Origin: an uncultured Planctomycetales bacterium | GTDB lineage: Bacteria; Planctomycetota; MHYJ01; JACPRB01 | Reading direction: 5' to 3' | NCBI GenBank assembly: GCA_964468745.1 | Contig: CAYXVY010000079.1 | Span: forward strand, 7,660-71,659 | Length of the DNA stretch: 64,000 nucleotides | In this document: positions 46,654-56,816 of the stretch, one piece after another | How the letters are laid out: the number at the start of each line of letters is the position of its first letter | Numbering within the stretch: the stretch's first letter is position 1 | Position numbers and translations under genes: made by a program | Notes under the pieces: generated by a model | Database searches by the model: none | What the model was told of the DNA's origin: nothing | Seen by the model: only the letters and a program-made list of their open reading frames with translations

Positions 46654-48333
46654 CTACTTCGACTTGCTGCCGGCTCCGAAGACGTTGGCGTACCGGTAGT
46701 ACACCTCGAGCGTCAGGGCGTTGATGGCCACCGCATAGACGCGGCCGCCCTCGAATCCCCAGCGCTCTTCGCCCGGATCCCACGAGCCGTTCTGGCATCC
46801 GTCCTTCGCCGTCTTCTGGTTCGGGACGATAGCGTTTTTCATCGGCTCGTTCCACTTCTTCCACATGCCGCCTTCAGGACCGTCGAACTGGAAGAGGGCC
46901 AGCGACGAGTAGTACCAGTAGTAGAAGTCGATCTTGTTGCCCTTCCACTCGGGCAGGTCGTTGACGAGCAGCTGCACACCGCCGAGGGCCGGATCCGCCT
47001 TCTTCTTCTGCATGAAGATGCGGGCCATGATCGCGACCGCCGTCATCGACTGGTGGTGATCGAAATTCTCGTTCTTGCCCGGCACGAAGACCTTGCCCGT
47101 GCCGCGGTGCGTGTACCCGACCTGGTAGTAGCCGTTCTGGTCCGTGGCCTCGTTGAGCCAGTTGAGCAAGCCGTCATACGCGGCGCGCGGGAACGACAGC
47201 TCCGAAAGCTCCGCGCTCTTGAGCGCCATAACCGCCCATCCGCTGACCGACGTGTCGTTGTCGCCGCACTTCGCGCTGTAGCGCCACCCCTTGCCGGGGT
47301 TCTGCGACGCGACGATGAAGTCGATCGACTTCTGCGCAGGCTCCTTGAGAAGCTGCGTGGCCGTCATGCCGTATGCTTCCGACAGCGACAGCGCCGCGAT
47401 CGTGTGATTGTACATGTACTTCGGGCCGCGCTCGCCGATGCACCCTTCGGGGTCCTGGCGGCTGATCAGCCACTGCATCGCGTTCTTCACGACCTGACCG
47501 AACTTGAGCATCTTGCCGGGGTTGCACGGGTCCGGATACTCGTCGCGGGACAGGTGCGAGTAGCCAGCGCCGAGGAATGCCAGAAGTGAGAGGCCCGTCA
47601 GGCCCGCGTCGTACTCGTCCATGCCGTTGCCGCTGCACTTGCCGCCCGCGCACTGGGTCGTGAAGTGGGACGCCTTCCACGAACCGTCCGGGTCCTGGTG
47701 CCGCGCCAGCCACTTGAGGGCCGCCAACACCGCGCTTTCCGTCGCGCGGGTGCCGCCGCCACGGGCGACGAGGTTCTCACGGCCGCCGAAACGTCCGCCG
47801 TACCGGCCGCCGCTGCCGCCGCCGCCGCCGACGCCCATCGTGTCGTACACGCCCGGGGTCTTGCCGGCCTGCCGGCCACGGAAGCCGCCCGCCTCTCCTG
47901 GGATGTACGAAAGGAACTCCTTCGAGTCGCCCTTCATCTGCTTGTAGTCTTCGCCATCGGCCGACTCGTTGTGGTCGCTCTCCTTCGCTTCGGGGAAGAA
48001 GATCGCCGGCTCTTCCGTCGGAGCGGCGGTGTTGGCATCGTCCTTCGGAATGCCCTTGCGTTCGAAGACGTCGCGCGGACGCTCGATCTCGTTGACGACC
48101 GCGGCGCTCGGCGGCGTGACCGCGACGACCATTTCGCCCTCATCGATCGCCATGAGGCGCTCGACGTAGATGAGCGTCATCGCCAGCATGATCACGACGT
48201 GAAGGCCGGCGGACACCAGCCACCATGGAGCGTTCGAAAGCCACCCGCCGCTATCGCTGTCGACAACGACTTCCTGGGCCTGCTCTTCGGCGCCCTCTTC
48301 CGGTCCCTGTTCTTCTTCGACCTTGCGTCCCAT
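46654..48333 (-). CDS. Membrane-anchored protein with prenyltransferase / squalene-hopene-cyclase-type alpha/alpha-toroid repeats
   Basis: Acidic N-terminal tail, then TM helix WWLVSAGLHVVIMLAMTLIYV, a Gly-rich linker, and repeats of the form LKWLARHQDPDGSW / MQWLISRQDPEGCIG / GWAVMALKSAEL that are characteristic of PFTB/SHC repeats. Confidence 0.65.
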   Translation of the reverse strand: MGRKVEEEQGPEEGAEEQAQEVVVDSDSGGWLSNAPWWLVSAGLHVVIMLAMTLIYVERLMAIDEGEMVVAVTPPSAAVVNEIERPRDVFERKGIPKDDANTAAPTEEPAIFFPEAKESDHNESADGEDYKQMKGDSKEFLSYIPGEAGGFRGRQAGKTPGVYDTMGVGGGGGSGGRYGGRFGGRENLVARGGGTRATESAVLAALKWLARHQDPDGSWKASHFTTQCAGGKCSGNGMDEYDAGLTGLSLLAFLGAGYSHLSRDEYPDPCNPGKMLKFGQVVKNAMQWLISRQDPEGCIGERGPKYMYNHTIAALSLSEAYGMTATQLLKEPAQKSIDFIVASQNPGKGWRYSAKCGDNDTSVSGWAVMALKSAELSELSFPRAAYDGLLNWLNEATDQNGYYQVGYTHRGTGKVFVPGKNENFDHHQSMTAVAIMARIFMQKKKADPALGGVQLLVNDLPEWKGNKIDFYYWYYSSLALFQFDGPEGGMWKKWNEPMKNAIVPNQKTAKDGCQNGSWDPGEERWGFEGGRVYAVAINALTLEVYYRYANVFGAGSKSK

Positions 48334-48347
48334 TATGTCACCTCGAA

Positions 48348-49169
48348 TTACAGTTGCTTCTCGATGGCTACAGGCCTGGCATGCATGGGCGCCGGCTCCT
48401 TCCTCCAGAGCCGCGCCGACAACAGGATGACCGCGAACACCCCCATGACCGCGAGGCCCACGGCGAGCGTCCCCATGTTCCAGGTGTCCGTCGTGCGGGC
48501 CTCGATTACTTCCCGAAGATTGTACCCCACCAGCATCGGCGCCGTCTTGACGCCGTCGCCCCCTCCGTACGTCCCCATCCGGATGAACATCGCGTCCATC
48601 GAAACCACGGCGCGACGGTCCACCGGGGGGGGCGGGCGGAGGTGGTCTACAACATATCCCTCCTCACCCGACAGATCAACCAGGTACGTGCGATGGATCC
48701 ACTCGACCCCCGCTTCCGGGCGCTCCACGCGCAGCGGGCTTGAGTGCACGAGCAGCCCCGTCACGCGCACCGCCTTGCCGCGCAGCTCGTCGGCGTACTT
48801 GGCGAAGTGGCGGTAATCGACACGCAACGGCGAGCTCGCGAATTTCTCCTCCTTCGTCGTGCTCAGGTGCTTCACCACCGTGCACCAGGGGAGGTCCCAC
48901 GCGTCCGTGGGGAGTCCATCCTTCGCCTTATCAAGCACGCCGTCGAAGAGCACTTCATTCGACTTCGGCTGTCCCGGCACGAATGCGTCCTTGCCCGAGA
49001 CCACGTCGCGCACGCGCGCGATGCCCCGATCCTTCATCTTGGGGGCGATCTCGAAGACGACCACTGCGACCACCGAGAGAGTCATGATGGCGACGATCAC
49101 GAGCCAGCGGAACTCGCGCTTGGCCCAGAGGGGGGCCTTTGCGACCGCTGCGTTATTCGTCGTCATCAT
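48348..49169 (-). CDS. Bitopic/double-anchored membrane protein, hypothetical; not TonB-like
   Basis: N-terminal TM (FRWLVIVAIMTLSVVAVVVF) and C-terminal TM (LAVGLAVMGVFAVILLSA). No Pro-rich spacer and no TonB C-terminal motif. Confidence 0.5.
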   Translation of the reverse strand: MMTTNNAAVAKAPLWAKREFRWLVIVAIMTLSVVAVVVFEIAPKMKDRGIARVRDVVSGKDAFVPGQPKSNEVLFDGVLDKAKDGLPTDAWDLPWCTVVKHLSTTKEEKFASSPLRVDYRHFAKYADELRGKAVRVTGLLVHSSPLRVERPEAGVEWIHRTYLVDLSGEEGYVVDHLRPPPPVDRRAVVSMDAMFIRMGTYGGGDGVKTAPMLVGYNLREVIEARTTDTWNMGTLAVGLAVMGVFAVILLSARLWRKEPAPMHARPVAIEKQL

Positions 49170-49224
49170 AAAAAAGTGAGATCAGGGGTCCCCCGCCGCG
49201 AGGCGGAGGACCCCCGTCGTTCGA

Positions 49225-49701
49225 TTACTGTTTTGCCGCCGAAGGCGCGTACTCGATCGGAGCCGCGAACTCGATCCGCTCCATCTGCTCCTTCTTGCAC
49301 AAGTCCATGACCTTGATCACTTCCTGCCACGGCACTTCGGGCGTGGCATCGATCAGAACGGGGAATTCGGTCTTGCCTGCGCGCTTGAAGTCTCCCGACA
49401 TCGAGAGAATGATCTGCATGAGCTCCTGGTCCGTCGACACCGCGCCGCGGTTGCCCACCTTGCGGATCGTGTTGTTCGAACCGCCGTCCCAGCGCATGAA
49501 GACGCGAATTTCCTCGAGCACGACCTTGTCCACCTGCGTCTGGTTCACGCCGCGGTCCTTCGGGAGCCAGGTCTCGATCTTGCCTTCAAGCTGCTTGAAA
49601 TGCATCGAGCACATGAAGAACAGGCATAGACAGAAAATGATATCGACCATCGCCGTAACGTTGATCGATACTGGGTTGTCTTCGCCGCCGCCGCCAGCCA
49701 T
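49225..49701 (-). CDS. ExbD/TolR-family proton-channel accessory protein (copy 2)
   Basis: MVDIIFCLCLFFM matches the ExbD/TolR TM signature (PMIDVvFvLLiFFM). Periplasmic domain of the right size. Confidence 0.8.
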   Translation of the reverse strand: MAGGGGEDNPVSINVTAMVDIIFCLCLFFMCSMHFKQLEGKIETWLPKDRGVNQTQVDKVVLEEIRVFMRWDGGSNNTIRKVGNRGAVSTDQELMQIILSMSGDFKRAGKTEFPVLIDATPEVPWQEVIKVMDLCKKEQMERIEFAAPIEYAPSAAKQ

Positions 49702-49713
49702 ATCAATCTCCTA

Positions 49714-50250
49714 TCAGCTGCGCTTTTTCTTTTCGACCACGGGCATCGCCGCACCGACTTCGATCTTATAGATCCCGACCTTCGCGCACACGTTCATGGC
49801 GCGCTGTGCCAGACCGTACGGCGCCGAGAGGTCGGCCCGTATCTGCACCTTGCATTCCGAGACATGAGGGTTCTTCGGGTCGCGGCCGCGCGAACGGTCC
49901 GCTTCCTTCTTGAGCATGGCACCGAGCTTCTCGGGGTCCGAGAAATCCCGACCCTTGATGCCCACCTTCCAGTGCCGATCCTCGCGGCAGACCTGCTTCT
50001 TGTCGGCCGCCCCGCACTTGACCTCGTACACGTGGTACACGTTGACCGTGACGCGGTCCTGTTCCTTGCCCTCAAGCTGCTTGTCTTCCTTCACGGAAAA
50101 CGCCAGCGGAAGGGCCACCTCTTCGAGCTCGCGCTGACCCATGTCGGCGGAGAGCATGAAGAAAAGGAGCAGCAGGAACATGATGTCGATCATCGGCACC
50201 AGGTTCGGTGAGACGTTCTCGTCGATTGTGATCTTCGCCCTATGTGACAT
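49714..50250 (-). CDS. ExbD/TolR-family proton-channel accessory protein (copy 1)
   Basis: LVPMIDIMFLLLLFFML signature; 178 aa. Confidence 0.85.
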   Translation of the reverse strand: MSHRAKITIDENVSPNLVPMIDIMFLLLLFFMLSADMGQRELEEVALPLAFSVKEDKQLEGKEQDRVTVNVYHVYEVKCGAADKKQVCREDRHWKVGIKGRDFSDPEKLGAMLKKEADRSRGRDPKNPHVSECKVQIRADLSAPYGLAQRAMNVCAKVGIYKIEVGAAMPVVEKKKRS

Positions 50251-50261
50251 GTGTTACCTCG

Positions 50262-50999
50262 CTACTGCGCCCGCTGCTGTTGCTGCGCTTCCGGCGAAAG
50301 CGTCCGCGACAGGAGTTCGCCGATTTCGTTGTTGATGCGAAGCGTGAGATCCGACACCTTGTTCTTCAGGAAGAAGAAAATCGACAGGAACACGATCGCG
50401 ATGAACAGGCCGATCGTCGTGTTGACGAGCGACTCGTACACGCCGTGCGCCAGATCCGCCGGCGTCGGCGACTTCAGCGTCTCGATGACCTGGAAGCTCG
50501 AAATCATGCCCGTCACCGTGCCGAGCAGGCCCAGCAGCGGTCCGATGTTGCCGATGAGCGAAATGTAGCTCGCCTTTGCCTGCAGGCGGAACCCCTCGAC
50601 CGTGGCCGCCTCTTCCGCGCCCCTCTTCACTTCCTCGTAGCCGCCGAAGCTGCGACTGAGCGCGCCGGCGAGGACGCGTCCGCCGTAAGACTTGTCGGCC
50701 GAGGCGAGGGAGTACGCGCCATCCAAGTCGCCTTCCGTCAGGAGCGATTCGCACTCCGACAGCAGCGCCGGATTGGCCAGCTTCGATTCGCTGAAGTTCA
50801 CCATGTACTGGATCGCCAGCGCTGTCCCGATCAGAGATGTGATGACGAGCAGGATGCCGACCAGTCCCGTCGACTTGAACAGGTCGAACCAGCTCTTGCG
50901 CTGGTGTTCGACGGCGCCCTCCTCTTGGGCGAACGCGACCTCGCCGAACATGACCATAATGGCCAAGACACACATGACGGCTACCACGCGACGATTCAT
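50262..50999 (-). CDS. MotA/TolQ/ExbB-family proton channel protein
   Basis: Start at the internal ATG 50999 (MNRRVVAVMCVLAIMVMFG). Three TM helices with the family motif IGNIGPLLGLLGTVTGMISSF. Confidence 0.85.
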   Translation of the reverse strand: MNRRVVAVMCVLAIMVMFGEVAFAQEEGAVEHQRKSWFDLFKSTGLVGILLVITSLIGTALAIQYMVNFSESKLANPALLSECESLLTEGDLDGAYSLASADKSYGGRVLAGALSRSFGGYEEVKRGAEEAATVEGFRLQAKASYISLIGNIGPLLGLLGTVTGMISSFQVIETLKSPTPADLAHGVYESLVNTTIGLFIAIVFLSIFFFLKNKVSDLTLRINNEIGELLSRTLSPEAQQQQRAQ

Positions 51000-51100
51000 A
51001 GGTTCCTCCAATTGCGCGCTTCCACTATTGTGGGCGCGCATGGATCTGTTCCCAGCCAAGCACGCCCGGCCCGACCCCAGACAAAGGGTCTGGAATCAAT

Positions 51101-51117
51101 CGCAAAGGGAATGCCAG
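51101..51117 (-). promoter_or_regulatory. Candidate sigma-54 (-24/-12) promoter for the ExbB operon
   Basis: Minus strand reads TGGCAT-TCCCT-TTGCG, against the consensus TGGCAC-N5-TTGCA with exact GG/GC spacing. It lies ~100 nt upstream of the ExbB ATG, and an NtrC-type activator is encoded in the same cluster. Confidence 0.5.
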
Positions 51118-51305
51118 CCAGAACCCACGAATTCACGCGAAAAACGCTGTCCTCTGTACAGCGTGTGAGCCCCTGTGTGGCAAAACGCCACACGGACTCT
51201 CCCCACAGACAGACAGAGTCTGAGTTCACTGGCGATGCTTAACGCGCGATCGAGCCGGAAGGTTCAGCGGAATACTTGGAAGAGGCTGAAAGTCTGCAGG
51301 GCGCG

Positions 51306-53377
51306 CTAAGTCGCCCGAGGCTGCTCAACCGGCAGGTAGATGGTGAAAACCGTGCCCTTCCCGGTCTCGCTCTTCACCGTGATGTCGCCGTGGTGGTTGC
51401 GCACGATCTGGCGGCAGATCGCCAGACCGAGACCCAGCCCCATGCTTGGCCCCGTGTCGCCCTCGATCCTCTTGGCTGTGTAGAACGGCTCGAACGCCTT
51501 GCTCATCGACGTTGCGTCCATCCCACGACCGGTATCGGCGACGTCGATTCTCACGTGCGCCTCACTTCCCAGCAGCGCGGCGCTCTCTCCCGCCACGCTC
51601 GCCAGATCGGCGGACGAGACGAACGCGCTCGAGACGCGGATCCAGCCTCCCTGGTCCATCGCATCCATCCCGTTCGTGAAGAGGTTCATGAGCACCTGCT
51701 GGATCTGGTCCGCGTCCGCCTCGATCTGCGGAACCTCGCCGTTGGCCTGCACCTCGAGGACGATGCCACGCTTCTGGGTCACCGGCTGCACAAGTTCCGC
51801 CACGCCGCGGACGATTTTCTTGAGATCGACGCGGGCCGGGCGCGGCGGGGGCACGCGCATTGCCTTCAGCACCTCTCGGATGATGGCCGTTAGTCGGTCC
51901 ACCTGCCCATCGATCACTTTCAGGCGCTCGACCACCTTGGGATCAGCGACCTGATCCTGCAGGAGAAGTTGCAGATGGCCGGAGATCGCATTCAGCGGCG
52001 TGCCGAGCTCGTGCGCGATGATGGCGGCAACCTCACCGAGCGTGGCCAGTTTTTCCTGCGTTGTGAGATGCCGTTGCATCACGAAGAGCTTTTCGTTCAC
52101 CGCCTGCAGCTGCAGATTCTTCGCGGCAAGTTCCTCGGTCGCCGCGGCGATCTTTCGCTTCAGCTCCTCGTTGAACCCCTGGATCTGCTCGAGGAGCTGG
52201 CGGTTCTCGTCCAGCGTCCCCTTGAGCTGCCGGATCATCTGGTTGTATGACGTCGCCAGCCATCCGAATTCGCCGCCATGCAGGTCCACGATCGCGTTGA
52301 GATTCCCCTCCGTCGCCTGGCCCATCGACGTCGTGAGTTCCGTGATGGGGCGGCGCACCGCGAACTGGAAGAAGAGCGCGACGCCGAGCGCCAGGATGAG
52401 CAGCATCGCACCCGCGCCCAGGACGAGGTTGGCGCGCAACTCCGGCACGCGCGGCCCCAGGCCCACCTCCTGGGGGAGCATCTGGAAGTGCAGGACCGCG
52501 CGTACGTTGCCGTTGTCGATCAGCGGCGACGAAACGGCGACGTATTCTTTCCCCCCGCGCTGTACGTTGATCTTCTGGACGCGCTGCTCGATGACGGCCT
52601 TGGCGTCGCCGCCACTCGGACCCGTCATGGCGCCCGGGCCGTAGCTCGCGAGGTGGTTCAGGGTGCCGCCGGGGGATGCCACGAGAACTGAGATGTTCGC
52701 CAGACCGCTCGGCCCCTCGACGATGCGCTGCAACTCGGGAGTCATCACGTCTCCGATGACTTCGCGCAGGTCCTCCTCCACGTCGTACGTCGAGACCCAC
52801 GCCTCGAGCCACGTGGAGATGCTGCGGATTCGGTCGTGCACTTCGGTGATCACGGTCACCTCGGGGCGCTGCGGCAGCATCTGAAAGTGGACGACGCCGC
52901 GCGGGGCGGCCTTGTGCATGAGCGGCGCCGAGACGGTGATGTGTTCGCGCCCCTCGAGCTCGACGGTGACCGTCTGCACACCGTTTTCGACGAACGCCTT
53001 TACATCGTCCGGACCGGCCTCGGTCATCGCCCCCTTTCCGTTCCCGGAGATGAATTGCAGCTGACCGTCCTTCGTGGCCAGGAGGACGGAGACGTTTCGA
53101 AGTCCGTCCGCATCCGGCATCCGCTCCTTCAAAATGAGGGTCAGCGCGTCCTTGCGCCGCTTCGAGCGCAGCTCCTCGATCTTGCCCGAGGTCGGCAGCC
53201 GGTCGTGAAGCCGCAGCGAGACCACCCGAATCATGTCGTCGACTTCCAGCGCGTGGATCGCCTCGATCGTGCGGAAGTTGTAGACGTAATACACGAACAG
53301 CGTCGGCAGGACGATCGCCACCAGCAACATGTAAAGCCGGAGGCCCAGGTTGAACGTGATGCCGCGCGGCGCCCGGT

Positions 53378-53381
<4 letters not shown>
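51306..53381 (-). CDS. Sensor histidine kinase: TM, periplasmic double-Cache-like domain, TM, HAMP, HisKA, HATPase_c
   Basis: ATG 53381 overlaps the stop of the upstream Ser/Thr kinase gene (ATGA). H-box IAHELGTPLNAISG; N/G boxes (LMNLFTNGMDAM, DTGRGM, GLGLGLAICRQIV). Two TM helices flank a ~300-aa periplasmic domain. Confidence 0.85.
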
Positions 53382-56011
<2,630 letters not shown>

Positions 56012-56096
56012 TCCTCTCCACTATAGCTGCGGAATTCCTCAAAGGCTTTCACCCGGATTGCAGCTGTTGTGGTACGAGTCATCAAGGAGGCGTTCC

Positions 56097-56795
56097 ATGA
56101 TCCGACTGCTGGCGGCATTCGTAGTTCTCGCGCTCCTGCAACAGGAGGACAAGGAACTGGCGGCATTCAAGCGCGACGCACTGAAACAGTACGCAGAGGG
56201 CGCGTGGAAAAAGATCGTGTGGCAGGCCGACATTCCGGCCGCGCTCACGAAGGCCCAGAAAGACGGAAGGCCGGTCCTCGCCGTGATCACGGTGGGGCAC
56301 ATGGGCAGGAAGGACGCGGCGGATTGCTGACTCGGGGGTCGCCTGACCCGGGGCAGTTCGCTCTCGGACGAGAAGGTGATCGCGAAACTCGACAAGGATT
56401 ACGTGTGCGTGATGCTCAATGTCACGGACGATGGCTTCCCCAAGGACGCGCCCGGCCTCAAGGCGTGGCAGGATGCGTATGAGAAGGATCCGAAATACCG
56501 TGTCGCGTACTCGACGAGCGTCGTGCTGGGCTCGAATGGCGGAGGCGCATTCGCGACATCCGGATGCGGCCACCAGCCCGAGTGGAAAGTGGCGATCAGC
56601 TATCAGCCCGACAAGTACCTCTCGTTCCTGACCGAGGCGCACGAGCGGTTCACGCGAGCGACCGCGATCACCCGGGATCTGACGATCGACAGGGCGACGC
56701 GGGAGGAGAAGCTGAAGGAGATCGCCGCGGCCTGCCTCGAGCAGATCACGGAGGCGGCCCGCTGCAAAGTGAAGGACGGCGAGCGCACCAAATAG
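56097..56795 (+). CDS. Periplasmic thioredoxin-like (Thioredoxin_7 / DsbD-gamma-like) protein with an in-frame TGA at 56328-56330, aligning to the first Cys of the CxxC motif. Candidate selenoprotein; alternatively a nonsense pseudogene.
   Basis: AAGGAGG RBS 7 nt upstream of ATG 56097. Signal peptide MIRLLAAFVVLALLQ. The sequence reads ...GRPVLAVITVGHMGRKDAADC-TGA-LGGRLTRGSSLSDEKVIAKLDKDYVCVMLNV in a single frame. Flanks align to GKPVLVDFyADWCgpCKmmdketFSDPEVikLLNenFVlVKvDv, with TGA falling at the first Cys of the CxxC position. A small hairpin (GGGTC-gcct-GACCC) lies just downstream. Confidence 0.5.
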
Positions 56796-56816
56796 CATCG
56801 CCTATATACTGCATGC

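Noticed and set aside
43610-46699. 1029-aa plus-strand ORF opposite the TPR gene
   Set aside because: The Arg/Leu/Val/Asp/His-rich composition is typical of antisense translation of a high-GC gene, and it has no motif. The minus-strand frame has a signal peptide, an RBS and TPR periodicity.
48348-49169. The 273-aa protein after ExbD-ExbD as TonB
   Set aside because: It has no Pro-rich spacer and no conserved TonB C-terminal motif. It has hydrophobic anchors at both ends instead. Left as hypothetical.
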